From positions 334 to 64,333 of the forward strand of contig JBAZQX010000008.1 of NCBI GenBank assembly GCA_041644975.1: a stretch of 64,000 nucleotides of DNA. Direction: 5' to 3'. Below the pieces are notes generated by a model that was not told where the DNA came from, made no database searches, and worked only from the letters and a program-made list of their open reading frames with translations. The translations under genes were made by a program, and so were the position numbers. This DNA comes from Candidatus Doudnabacteria bacterium. GTDB taxonomy: Bacteria > Patescibacteriota > JAQUNI01. Positions 51,225-62,573 of the stretch are shown here, in pieces; within the stretch, counting starts at the first letter, position 1; every line of letters starts with the position of its first letter.

Positions 51225-52682
51225 ATGGCTATCCGTGTTACCAACCTCCAAGGCTTGAAAGCAGTATTTCAAACTATCAAAAAACCGATTGTTGGCATCG
51301 GCGTAACTGCTTTTAATCGTACTGGTTTGGAAGATATCGTCCCAAACTACAAGATAGTCTGCCTAAGATATAGCTTAGACACGCCAGCGATTGAAAAAGA
51401 CATTTCTGTTTATTCCTTGGAACGAGGCAGACCGACAAAACATCTGAAATGCAATCGCAACGCTACTTCTATTATTTTGAACCGCCGTACCCAAAAGTAT
51501 TTTAAAAAACTGCCGGAGAAACCAGCCCTGCTCTTTTACAAAACTACTGACAAGATTATGGCGGAATCCAAAAAACATGGCTGGACCGTGCTTAATAATT
51601 CACCGGAATTTGGCAAAAAAAGCTTGGAAAACAAAGTTTATTTCCGAGATATTTTAAAAAAATGCGATATTGACTTAATCCCCGGTGAAACTGATAATCT
51701 TTCAAAAATAGATTTTGACACGCTTAATAAAAAATATGGCCCGCGTTTTGTAATCCAGCTTCCTGATCGCGGCGGCGGAAAAGGAACCTTTTTTATTAAT
51801 AATAAAGAGGATTATGATAATTTTATTAACCACAGCCGCGTGCAGGAATATGAAACCCCGCCCGAAGTTGTGATTACGAAATTTATCCACGGTCCATCCC
51901 CTAGCCTAACCGGTTGCGTAACCAGGGAAGGAGTTATTTCAACTGGACTCCAATTTCAACTCCTGGACATACCTGAACTCTGGAATCTCAAAAAAGGTTC
52001 TGGTTTATTCTCTGGACATGATTGGACGCAGGCAGTATTTAATGAAAAGGTTCAAAGACAAGCCAACATAATCGCGGAAAAAATCGGTTCTCATCTCTCT
52101 GGCCTGCGTTATAAAGGAATCTTTGGTTTGGATATGCTCCTTGATAAAGAAACCGAAAAGCTTTATGTCGTGGAATGCAATCCTCGCCTTCTAGGCTCTT
52201 TCCCCTGCCTTCCTATGGTCCAAATTACTAATGGAGAACCACCGCTTTTGGGATTCCACGTCTTAGAATTTTTAAGGGCTAATTACCGCGTTGATATTGA
52301 TAAGGTCAATCGCAATATCCGCCGACCGAAAATTGGCAGCCAGATGATCCTGCACAACCTCCTTTATAAATGGGCGGAAAACAAAAAGGAGATAGCAGCC
52401 GGGGTTTATAAGTATCAAAATGGAAAATTTATTTTTGAACGAGAAGGCTATCATTACAAACATCTAAAAACCAAAGACGAATTTCTAATTGCTGATGGCG
52501 TGCCTATTCTCAATTCTAAACTCACGCCCAATCAGAGATTATTCCGCGTTTTAGCTCTGCGTGGCGTGCTGGATTTAAGAACCAATAAACTCAACGAATG
52601 GGGGCATGACGTCGCGCAATGGGTTTACAGACAACTAAACATCACGCCTCTGCATGAACAGCCCGAAATGATTGATGATTAA
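51225..52682 (+). CDS. second ATP-grasp family protein
   Basis: GIFGLDMLLDKETEKLYVVECNPRLLGSF resembles an ATP-grasp C-terminal subdomain. Confidence 0.5.
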   Translation: MAIRVTNLQGLKAVFQTIKKPIVGIGVTAFNRTGLEDIVPNYKIVCLRYSLDTPAIEKDISVYSLERGRPTKHLKCNRNATSIILNRRTQKYFKKLPEKPALLFYKTTDKIMAESKKHGWTVLNNSPEFGKKSLENKVYFRDILKKCDIDLIPGETDNLSKIDFDTLNKKYGPRFVIQLPDRGGGKGTFFINNKEDYDNFINHSRVQEYETPPEVVITKFIHGPSPSLTGCVTREGVISTGLQFQLLDIPELWNLKKGSGLFSGHDWTQAVFNEKVQRQANIIAEKIGSHLSGLRYKGIFGLDMLLDKETEKLYVVECNPRLLGSFPCLPMVQITNGEPPLLGFHVLEFLRANYRVDIDKVNRNIRRPKIGSQMILHNLLYKWAENKKEIAAGVYKYQNGKFIFEREGYHYKHLKTKDEFLIADGVPILNSKLTPNQRLFRVLALRGVLDLRTNKLNEWGHDVAQWVYRQLNITPLHEQPEMIDD

Positions 52683-52687
52683 GTAAA

Positions 52688-52909
52688 CCTTGAATTACGA
52701 AATTCATTTTGTCGTTGCGAGGAGGACCTTTAGTCAGATCCCTCGCTTCCGCTCGGGACAGGCTCCGCAATCTCATTAAGCGATATTTATGCCTAATTTA
52801 GGAGATTGCCTGCCCGCCATCGCTTCGCTTCAGGCGAGGCGGGCGGGCTTCGGTCTCCGCTTGAAGAGCGAATCCCTCGCTAATAGACAATACATTCCGT
52901 AATTCAAGG
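52688..52909. mobile_element. Family B MITE-like element (222 bp) with 16-bp terminal inverted repeats ccttgaattacgaaat / attccgtaattcaagg
   Basis: The TIRs were read directly. The internal GC-rich hairpin cctgcccgccatcgcttcgcttcaggcgaggcgggcggg recurs at 15463 and, in diverged form, at 57440. Confidence 0.6.
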
Positions 52910-52955
52910 TAAATAAACCCCATTTCAAAAAATCAATTAACTGATTTTAAAAACA

Positions 52956-53981
52956 ATGAATCTTAAGAGAGAAGGCGTAATTTTAAAGCCCTCCAAGCAA
53001 AAACATGAAACTGTGGCTGTTTTAAACCCTGCTGTAGTCCAGACGGGAAATACTCTAGAGATGTTTTATCGGGCAGTCCAAAAAGACAATTATTCTACAA
53101 TCGGCTATTGCGTTCTGGAAGGTCCATTGAAAGTGGCAGAAAGAGCGACGGAACCTATCTTGCGTCCAGAATATGATTATGAAAAACAAGGCGTGGAGGA
53201 TCCCCGCATCGTTAATATTGAAGACACTTATTATCTAACCTACACAGCCTTTGACGGAAAGAATGCTAGGATTGCTTACGCGGAAAGCAAAAATTTAAAA
53301 GAATGGAAAAAGAGGGGTATTATTTCGCCCCAATTAACCTATGATAAAGCCGAGGATCTTTTTAGAAAATCCAGCTATAATCTTAAAGAAAAATATTTTT
53401 TCTTTGAATCTTATTATAAAGATAAAGCAGGTCCCGATGTTATCCTCTGGGAAAAAGACGCCCTTCTTTTCCCTAAAAAAATCAACGGAAAGTTTGCATT
53501 AATCCACCGCATTCTGCCGGGTATGCAAATTATTTTCTTTGATCGCTTTGAACAATTAATGGATAAAAAATATTGGGAGCATTACCTAAAAAAATTGGGT
53601 GAATATGTTATTCTAGAACCAAAATATGCTTTTGAATCCCGCAATATTGGCGGTGGCGCGCCGCCTTTGGAAACTGACGCTGGCTGGCTTTTGATTTACC
53701 ACGCCGTGGAAGATTCTAGCTACGGCAAAATTTATCACGCCGCAGCGGCATTACTTGACAAACAGAACCCGCTAAAAGTAATCGGCAGGCTGGATTATCC
53801 TTTGTTCTCACCAGAGACGGACTATGAAAAATCTGGCAATGTGAACAACATCATTTTTCCGACTGATACTGCCCTTTTTGACGATCGCTTGTATATTTAT
53901 TATGGCGCCGCCGATCAAGTCATTGCCGCTGTTTCTTTAAATTTAAATGAACTTTTGGTGGAATTATTGCGCAATACTTGA
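52956..53981 (+). CDS. GH130/DUF377-family glycosidase or phosphorylase-like protein
   Basis: AVLNPAVVQ...YRAV... and GVEDPRIV..DTYYLTYTAFDG beta-propeller motifs. Confidence 0.65.
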   Translation: MNLKREGVILKPSKQKHETVAVLNPAVVQTGNTLEMFYRAVQKDNYSTIGYCVLEGPLKVAERATEPILRPEYDYEKQGVEDPRIVNIEDTYYLTYTAFDGKNARIAYAESKNLKEWKKRGIISPQLTYDKAEDLFRKSSYNLKEKYFFFESYYKDKAGPDVILWEKDALLFPKKINGKFALIHRILPGMQIIFFDRFEQLMDKKYWEHYLKKLGEYVILEPKYAFESRNIGGGAPPLETDAGWLLIYHAVEDSSYGKIYHAAAALLDKQNPLKVIGRLDYPLFSPETDYEKSGNVNNIIFPTDTALFDDRLYIYYGAADQVIAAVSLNLNELLVELLRNT

Positions 53982-54108
53982 AGCTTCCCCGCCTAAGTCC
54001 TTCGACTGTGAAGTCTTCAGGTCTTCTGACTCTGAAGAGTCATCAGACTTTGAAGAGACTGAACAGTTTTTTAAAATTTAGGCGGGTTCCTTAAAAAATT
54101 AATATGAA

Positions 54109-56376
54109 TTGACTAAGTCATCACTTCGTGATAAAATATTGTCTATGATTACTAAAGAAGAACCATCTTGGATTTTGTATGTGGGCACATTTCCGCCGCG
54201 CGAATGCGGTATTGCGACTTTTACGCACGATTTGGCAAATGCCATTGCCAACAAAATGCCAAGCTTAAAAACAAAAGTCCTGGCATTAAATAGAGGAGCA
54301 ATAAACATATACAATTATCCCGAGAAGGTCATCTTTGAAATTAATGAATCCAATATTCAAGAGTACATTGACATTGCGAAAGAGATCAATTCCCTGAAAG
54401 AGGTTAAATTAGTGTGCATTCAGCATGAGTTCGGCATTTTCGGCGGCGAATGGGGAAGCTACCTCGTGCCTTTTCTGGAAACTTTGCAAAAACCCATAGT
54501 AGTTACCTTGCACTCTCTGCTGCCCCATCCTGACGATCGTTTAAAAAATATTGTTCAATCCATTGCGCGTTACGCCCGATGTCTTATCGTGATGACTCCT
54601 AAAGCTATAGAAATATTAAGAAATGATTATAATATAAAATCCGCTATTGAAATAATCCCGCACGGAATTCCCAGTGTCCCCTTTGTGCCGAATTTGAAGC
54701 CAAAGATCAAGCTTGGCTATAAAGACAGGATCATTCTTTCTTCCTTCGGGTTAGTCAGCGAAGATAAAGGGTATGAGGATGTTATCGCGGCCCTCCCCCA
54801 AGTGGTGGAAAAATTCCCTAATATTCTTTACTTAATCATTGGTGAAACCCATCCCGTGGTCAGAAGTTTAAAAGGCGAAGAATACAGAAATTCCCTGGAA
54901 AAAAAGGTGCAAAAATTAAAACTGCAGCGCAATGTTAAATTCTACAATAAATATTTAACTCTGCGGGAGATTATCCAATATCTTCAAGCGACCGATGTCT
55001 ATGTTGCCTCTAATCTGAATCCCTATCAAATCACAAGCGGCACTCTAGCCTATGCTTTAGGTTGCGGTCGCGCTGTCATCTCCACCCCCTTCCTGCACGC
55101 GCGCGATGTAATTCAAAATGAAAACCAGGGCATTCTCGTTGATTTTAAAAATCCCCAATCCTTTACGGAAGCCATCCTCAAGATATTGAATAATTCCGAT
55201 CTGAAAATAAAAATGGAAAAAGAGGCTTATTCCTCCAGCCGAATGACGACATGGCCCAATGTCGCTCTCTCCTACATCAAAGTCTTTCAGCAATATTCCA
55301 GCTTGGAACAAAAGTCTCTAAAAAAACTGCCGAAAATCAGCCTAAAGCATTTCAAAAACTTAAGTGATAATTTCGGTATTATCCAATTCGCGCAACACAC
55401 GACGCCAGATCCAAATTCAGGATACTCAACGGATGATGTGGCGCGCGGCCTCATTGCCCTTTGCTATTATTATAGGCTTTTTAGAGAAAAAAATGTTCTC
55501 CCTTTGCTCAAAATATATTTGGATTTCATTCAATACGTACAAAAAAATGATGGTAGATTTTTCAATTTCGTCAATCATAATCAAGAGATTGACCTTGAAC
55601 ATTGGTCTGAAGACGCGCACGGTCGCGCAGTCTGGGCTTTAGGGACGATTACCGCGACAAAATCTTTACCCCAAACAATGAGAAACAAAGCCAAGGTCTT
55701 ATTCCAAAAAGCAATCCTCCCCACTAGAAAATTGAAATATCCCCGCGCTATTGCCTGCGCCCTAATTGGAATCTGCAAATTCAATAAAATCACACCGCTG
55801 CCAGAGCAAAACATCAAAGATATACAACATAAAGCCAACTTCCTTGTCGCGCTTTATCGCAAGAATTCTAGCCCTTCCTGGCAATGGTTTGAGCAAAAAA
55901 TCTCATATTCCAACGGGAAACTGCCCGCAGCCTTGCTTTATGCCTATTTAGCGACCAAAAAACAAAATTACTTGCAAGTTGCGGAAAAAACTTTGGACTT
56001 TTTGTGCTCCATCACCTTTGAAAATGAAATTTTTTCTCCTATTGGCCAAAGAGGTTGGTATACGCTTAGCGGCAAAAGGGCGTATTTTGATCAACAACCC
56101 GAAGAGGCTGCGGAAATGGTTCAAGTCCTTACTCTATGCTATAAGATTACCAAACAAAAAAAATATCTGAATCAGGCGATTAACGCGTTTTATTGGTTTC
56201 TAGGTAAAAATCTTTTAAATCAGATGGTTTATGACGAAAGCACGGGCGGCTGTCATGATGGTCTAGGGGAATCTTCAATCAACCTTAATCAAGGCGCGGA
56301 ATCCACAATCTCATACCTTTTGGCGCGGCTCACTCTAAAAAAATATCTAAATAATAAAGAACAAATTTGGACATAA
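54109..56376 (+). CDS. GT4 glycosyltransferase fused to a C-terminal (alpha/alpha)6-toroid glycosidase-like domain
   Basis: N-terminal GT-B fold with a GT4-like EX7E region; the C-terminal 350 aa carry repeated DDVARGLIAL / DAHGRAVWAL helix-hairpin motifs. Confidence 0.55.
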   Translation: MTKSSLRDKILSMITKEEPSWILYVGTFPPRECGIATFTHDLANAIANKMPSLKTKVLALNRGAINIYNYPEKVIFEINESNIQEYIDIAKEINSLKEVKLVCIQHEFGIFGGEWGSYLVPFLETLQKPIVVTLHSLLPHPDDRLKNIVQSIARYARCLIVMTPKAIEILRNDYNIKSAIEIIPHGIPSVPFVPNLKPKIKLGYKDRIILSSFGLVSEDKGYEDVIAALPQVVEKFPNILYLIIGETHPVVRSLKGEEYRNSLEKKVQKLKLQRNVKFYNKYLTLREIIQYLQATDVYVASNLNPYQITSGTLAYALGCGRAVISTPFLHARDVIQNENQGILVDFKNPQSFTEAILKILNNSDLKIKMEKEAYSSSRMTTWPNVALSYIKVFQQYSSLEQKSLKKLPKISLKHFKNLSDNFGIIQFAQHTTPDPNSGYSTDDVARGLIALCYYYRLFREKNVLPLLKIYLDFIQYVQKNDGRFFNFVNHNQEIDLEHWSEDAHGRAVWALGTITATKSLPQTMRNKAKVLFQKAILPTRKLKYPRAIACALIGICKFNKITPLPEQNIKDIQHKANFLVALYRKNSSPSWQWFEQKISYSNGKLPAALLYAYLATKKQNYLQVAEKTLDFLCSITFENEIFSPIGQRGWYTLSGKRAYFDQQPEEAAEMVQVLTLCYKITKQKKYLNQAINAFYWFLGKNLLNQMVYDESTGGCHDGLGESSINLNQGAESTISYLLARLTLKKYLNNKEQIWT

Positions 56377-56380
56377 AACC

Positions 56381-57265
56381 ATGCTCTCTGTGGGTATTGA
56401 TCTTGGCGGCACCAAAACCAATTTTGGTTTGCTTGAAATCAGGAAAGAAAAATTTAAGATTTTAAAACAAACTACCATCTCTTCACCCCATAAAAAGGAA
56501 GAATTGGTTCAAGCTGTCCGAGAAAACATTAAAAAAATTATTGTCCCTGGAGTAAAAAAAATCGGCCTTGCCCAAGCCGGTATTATTGACATTAATCAAA
56601 AAATCAATCTTTTATCACCTAATTTAAAGGCTCTGGAGCATATTGATTTCGCTCGTCTTCTGCAAAAAGAATTTAAGATACGGATCTTTCTGGACAATGA
56701 TACGAATGCCTTTATCTTAGCCGAAGCTACTTACGGCGCTTGCCGGGACAAAAAAAAAGCTGTTGGTCTCACCTTAGGCACGGGCATCGGCGGGGGTCTT
56801 GTCATTGACGGCAAACTCTACCACGGCATCTGCACCTCCGCGACAGAGTTTGGCCATATGATTATTGATTACAACGGACGAAAATGCTCTTGTGGCCAAA
56901 AAGGATGTCTGGAGGCGTATGCTTCGGCTACAGCCATCATCCAAGAATATGAAAACCGCACCGGGTTTAGGCGAGATGCCTATGCCATAGAAGAAGAAGC
57001 AAAAAGCGGTCTAGAACCAGCTCAATCCATATTTACCGAGGCAAGCAACTATTTAGCCGTAGGTCTTGCCAACATTATCAATATCCTGGAGCCCGAAACG
57101 ATTGTCCTGGGCGGCGGCTTATCTGAAGTTGCGAATTTTGTTGATCTTGCTATTCACAATACAAAAAAATTCACCTTAAAAGGTTTAGGTGAATGCGTAA
57201 AAATCGTCAAAGCCAAGCTTGGCCGCGAAGCAGGAATGATCGGAGCAGCGCTGTTGGATCGCTAA
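56381..57265 (+). CDS. ROK-family sugar kinase (glucokinase-like)
   Basis: MLSVGIDLGGTKT and the ROK Cys motif CSCGQKGCLEAYAS. Confidence 0.85.
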   Translation: MLSVGIDLGGTKTNFGLLEIRKEKFKILKQTTISSPHKKEELVQAVRENIKKIIVPGVKKIGLAQAGIIDINQKINLLSPNLKALEHIDFARLLQKEFKIRIFLDNDTNAFILAEATYGACRDKKKAVGLTLGTGIGGGLVIDGKLYHGICTSATEFGHMIIDYNGRKCSCGQKGCLEAYASATAIIQEYENRTGFRRDAYAIEEEAKSGLEPAQSIFTEASNYLAVGLANIINILEPETIVLGGGLSEVANFVDLAIHNTKKFTLKGLGECVKIVKAKLGREAGMIGAALLDR

Positions 57266-57380
57266 AAATCAAAAAATTTAAAGCTGGATTTTGAAAACAT
57301 CAATCCGCAATGAAAAATTGCGGATTTTTAATTTCTCCCCCTTGGTAAGGGGGAGTCAGAGGGGGTCTTTAGATATCAAA

Positions 57381-57480
57381 CTTGAATTACGAAATGTATT
57401 GTCTATTAGTGAGGGAGGCATCTGATGCCGACCGAATCCCGCCCGCCTCGCCTGAAGTGCAAGCACTTGAGCGGGCAGGC
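57381..57480. repeat. Family B element, second (inverted, partial, diverged) copy
   Basis: cttgaattacgaaatgtattgtctattagtgaggga matches the reverse complement of 52870-52909; shares cccgcccgcctcgcctgaag...gcgggcagg. Confidence 0.55.
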
Positions 57481-57572
57481 TTAAGGTGCTAGCGGGTGAG
57501 AAGCCTGAACTCCGAAAAAAACCAAAAAGCGATTTTTTATTGCATAAAATTTTCTTTCACCAATCAGATAAA

Positions 57573-57938
57573 TCACTGCACCCTGATTTTATTAACCAAC
57601 ATTTCTAATAAATCTTTCAGGTTATCTTGCGCCTCTGTTTCAGTTTTGCTGGCAGTAAATTTATTCCATTGTTCTAAAATTTTCTCATCATCTAAATCAC
57701 GAACAGAATTCTCCAAGCTCAAGCGGGTCTCAAAATCTATTTCCCCTTGCGCCTTGAACACTTTTTTGATAAATAGTTTAGTAAAAAGCAAAACCTTTTC
57801 ATCGGTTTGCTGCGCTTTTATGCTTGCTCTGGCATTTTGTAATTCCTTCTGGAGCATAAAATATCTAGATAAAAAGAAGACATTGCTTGCCAACAGAATC
57901 AGAATAACAGCGATGAGGGCTATTTTTATTTTATTCAT
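57573..57938 (-). CDS. membrane-anchored hypothetical protein (121 aa)
   Basis: N-terminal TM helix followed by a charged helical region. Confidence 0.4.
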   Translation of the reverse strand: MNKIKIALIAVILILLASNVFFLSRYFMLQKELQNARASIKAQQTDEKVLLFTKLFIKKVFKAQGEIDFETRLSLENSVRDLDDEKILEQWNKFTASKTETEAQDNLKDLLEMLVNKIRVQ

Positions 57939-58197
57939 ATGCTTGCAACTTATAACTTGAAAACTTGTAACTCAAGAAATATCCCTTGAATTGCGATCTT
58001 CAAGTATTTTATTTTTAATATTAGGATTTACGCGTTTGTCATCCTGTTTATTATAATTGTCATCCCTGAAACAAGTTCAGCAAGACAATCGTATCTGTCA
58101 TCTCTTCAGAGTCTGAAGACTCTTCGGAGTCTGAACGACCTGAATTTATTTCAGGATCTCTTCTACAGGATTTCCTCTAAAGAATGAAGATGCTGAA

Positions 58198-58252
58198 ACA
58201 AGCCATGGCACTGAGCGAAGCGAATGTGTTCAGCAAGACAATCGTATCTGTC
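58198..58252. repeat. 55-bp exact repeat (gaagatgctgaaacaagccatggcactgagcgaagcgaatgtgttcagcaagaca), copy 1, Family C hairpin
   Basis: Identical to 60650-60704. Confidence 0.7.
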
Positions 58253-58349
58253 ATCCTGAATTCATTTCAGGATCTAACTATGAAGATGCTGAAATGAATT
58301 CAGCAAGACATTGAAATGACAAATTTTTAAGACAAACGCGTAAGTCCTA

Positions 58350-59681
58350 TTATTTTTTAAGATTAAAGGGTTTGCTCTTTTCCCTTATTTTATCGCGATA
58401 AAAATTATATAATAACAGAAGAATCATAATAATCAACAAAATGATTTTCCAGTCAAAAACTTTCATCCAGCTATATTTGCTTTCCATCTCAATATTCAAA
58501 TGCACGCCGCTGCCCTCTTGCACATTAAATGGCTTGCCTTCATAAATTTTGTAACCCGCGGCTTCTACTTTCAGGTAATATGACCCCCGCGGCACTAAAA
58601 AGGAATATTTGCCCGTGTTATCAGTGGTTTGGGGATTTTCTTGCTGGAATTCTTTGGCAGGCCAAAGTTCATAATTTTTTGTTTCTGGATTTTGCCAATA
58701 AAGTGAAACAATGGCTTCTGGAATTCTGATTTCTTTATTCCCCGCTTTTTCATAAATATAGCCTTCAGGATCCACTACGGAAATCAATCTAATCTCTTTG
58801 CTGCCTAATTTAGGATCTTCATAATCTATAATTGTAATAATCTCATACTCGCCATCCACCGCGGGCGAGGTAATATTCGCTGTGTAAATCCCGTCATTGT
58901 CTGGATCTGTATATTCAAACTCATTAAGAACGAGTCTTGTCTCTTGAAAATTAGAACTCTCTGTTTTAGACTCGGCGCTTAAAATTTTTTCAGATAATCT
59001 TGGGCTTGATCCATAGGATGCTAATAAGTCTTTAAATTGAAATCCCTCTAAAGCAATATATTGAGAGGGCTCTTCTATTTTTTGCGCTAATGCCGGCATA
59101 GCGAAGACCACCGAAGACAATAAATCTTGAAGTTTCAAGCTGCGAGCTCCGAGTTGCAAGCTCCGAGTTTCAGTCTCTAAGCCGGAAGTTCCCGGATTAT
59201 TGCGCGACTTAAATACCACATATCCTCTAACCATTTTCACGGGTTGATCCGGCTTTACCGCTAAATTTAAAGGCTTGCCAACAATGGTGGTAACTCTTTC
59301 TTCAATTTGATTTTTAGCGTTAAGCGAGAGAACAGTATTTAGATCAATAAGTTCTCCCCCTGTCTTGGCAAAAACAACTTCTGTGGGCAATTTCTGCTTG
59401 ACCGCGGAAGGTAATTGCGCCACAGGGATACCTTGAGTGAATTCTTTTCCTTCGCCTGCTTCTTGGTTTAAACCGGGCAATGCCATTTTTACCTCTCTTA
59501 GCTTTTCTAAATCTGTTAATTTTGTGATGCCAAGATTATTAAAAGTCTCTTGGAGTTCTGGAAACTTTTGGACTAAATTGCCAATCTCTTTGGGCAAAGG
59601 CGCAAAAACAAATTCATTAATGGGCTCAATAGGCAAAAGCTGCCATTTACCCTGCATTGCGAGCGGAGCCTCGCGAGGCAC
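58350..59681 (-). CDS. anchored extracellular protein with a carboxypeptidase-regulatory-like (prealbumin-fold) domain
   Basis: YSFLVPRGSYYLKVEAAGYKIYEGKPFNVQEGSGVHLNIEM near the C-terminus, then a TM anchor. Confidence 0.45.
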   Translation of the reverse strand: MPREAPLAMQGKWQLLPIEPINEFVFAPLPKEIGNLVQKFPELQETFNNLGITKLTDLEKLREVKMALPGLNQEAGEGKEFTQGIPVAQLPSAVKQKLPTEVVFAKTGGELIDLNTVLSLNAKNQIEERVTTIVGKPLNLAVKPDQPVKMVRGYVVFKSRNNPGTSGLETETRSLQLGARSLKLQDLLSSVVFAMPALAQKIEEPSQYIALEGFQFKDLLASYGSSPRLSEKILSAESKTESSNFQETRLVLNEFEYTDPDNDGIYTANITSPAVDGEYEIITIIDYEDPKLGSKEIRLISVVDPEGYIYEKAGNKEIRIPEAIVSLYWQNPETKNYELWPAKEFQQENPQTTDNTGKYSFLVPRGSYYLKVEAAGYKIYEGKPFNVQEGSGVHLNIEMESKYSWMKVFDWKIILLIIMILLLLYNFYRDKIREKSKPFNLKK

Positions 59682-60517
59682 TAATGCTTCAAGCGGGATG
59701 CTTCTGGTTTAGATGGTTCTTCGGGCCTCAAAAATGGGGGGATTAAAGGTTTTAGAATTTCCGGCACCCTTGCCAAGAAGGGTTTGGTTGGCTTTTCGGG
59801 TTTTTCTACCTCTTCTTGGGGCTTACCTTCTTTGGGCTTGGGTTTAAAAATGGAAGGGATTTTGGGTTTTAAAGGTTCGGGAATCTTCTTAATCAGTTCT
59901 TTAAATAAATCCAAAGGCCGCGCATCAGAAGGATGAGCATCGGAACTCACGACATCTAAAGATGGTGCGGAGGCGGAAGGCCGAGCGCTTTTTGGCCGAT
60001 AATCGGTTTTAACCTTGTAATCTACTGTGCCGCAAGAGCTGGTCGTCGCGCAATTAAAAATAATCCAACCAATATTCTCGCCCCAAGCGTAGCCAGAAAA
60101 TTCCCCAGTGGAGCCAATGGAAACTCCGCCGTGGTCGGGATTAAAATTAATCCAGCCCACATTCTCGCCCCAAGCGTAACCCGAGAGATTGCCGTTGTCA
60201 TCATTTGCCACTTTGTAATCAACCGTAGCACAAGAACTGTCGTTAGAGCAATTCAAAAAAATCCAACCCATATTTTCCGACCAAGCATAGCCTGTCAAAC
60301 CGGAATCCGTGATATGCACATTGCCCTCGGTGGCGCCAAAATTAATCCAACCAGCATTTTCGCTCCAGGCGTATTTGTCCGCCGCGTCTATTGTGCCTTC
60401 GTTTATAGACGCCAAAACTGGCAAAGCAAAAGCTAGGCCTATGATAAAGCTTAAAAATAGAAAAGTATTTTTTGTTTTAAACATCATATTTGTCATCCTA
60501 AATTCTGTAATTGTCAT
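59681..60517 (-). CDS. secreted repeat protein (four GYAWxENxGWI(N/I)F repeats) with a Pro/Lys-rich tail
   Basis: Signal peptide; repeated YAWSENAGWINF / YAWGENVGWINF / YAWGENIGWIIF. Confidence 0.5.
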   Translation of the reverse strand: MTITEFRMTNMMFKTKNTFLFLSFIIGLAFALPVLASINEGTIDAADKYAWSENAGWINFGATEGNVHITDSGLTGYAWSENMGWIFLNCSNDSSCATVDYKVANDDNGNLSGYAWGENVGWINFNPDHGGVSIGSTGEFSGYAWGENIGWIIFNCATTSSCGTVDYKVKTDYRPKSARPSASAPSLDVVSSDAHPSDARPLDLFKELIKKIPEPLKPKIPSIFKPKPKEGKPQEEVEKPEKPTKPFLARVPEILKPLIPPFLRPEEPSKPEASRLKH

Positions 60518-60649
60518 CCTGAACTTGTTTCAGGATCTCCTCTTAAAGATGAAGATGCTGAAATGAATTCAGCAAGACATCGTTTTGTCATCCTGAATCC
60601 TGGCCTGTCGCCAGGACAGGCTTATTTCAGGATCTTCTTATTTAAAATG

Positions 60650-60704
60650 AAGATGCTGAAACAAGCCATGGCACTGAGCGAAGCGAATGTGTTCAGCAAG
60701 ACAG
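60650..60704. repeat. 55-bp exact repeat, copy 2, Family C
   Basis: Identical to 58198-58252. Confidence 0.7.
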
Positions 60705-60832
60705 AAATGCGTTGAAGATGCTGAAATAAGCATGTCCTGATGAATATCAGGATTCAGCAAGACATATGAAAGGCTGAAGCCTGAATTTCCCGAATATATT
60801 ACAATAACACCACCATACCATAAAAAAACTCT

Positions 60833-62200
<1,368 letters not shown>

Positions 62201-62374
62201 CATTGTTGTTATTGAAGTTGGAACAGGCGTTATTGCCAGCTATCCGCGCATTGTTGTTGTTGTTCTGCTCGGAGAGCCACTCCCAAAGCTTTTGCCCCTT
62301 TGCTTTTCTAAAACCGCAAGCTATCTTTTATGCAAAGTAAGCTGTTTTTCAAATATCCTCCTTTGCTCAATGTC

Positions 62375-62437
62375 TGTCTTGCTGAATTTATTTCAGCATC
62401 TCCAAGGATTAGATCCTGAAACAAGTTCAGGAAGACA
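62375..62437. repeat. Family C hairpin pair (tgtcttgctgaatttatttcagcatc + gatcctgaaacaagttcaggaagaca) between TR and avd
   Basis: The same two-hairpin module recurs at 62978-63045. Confidence 0.6.
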
Positions 62438-62573
62438 TACCAATTCAGGATGGCAAACATGTGAGTCATCTAAACCTAAAAATGGCAAAGGAGGGAAAAG
62501 GGCTAAATTCCCCTTACTGCTCTCTTCTCAAACCCATAGGCTTGAAAACTCTGGCAGGAACAGAAAAACAAAA

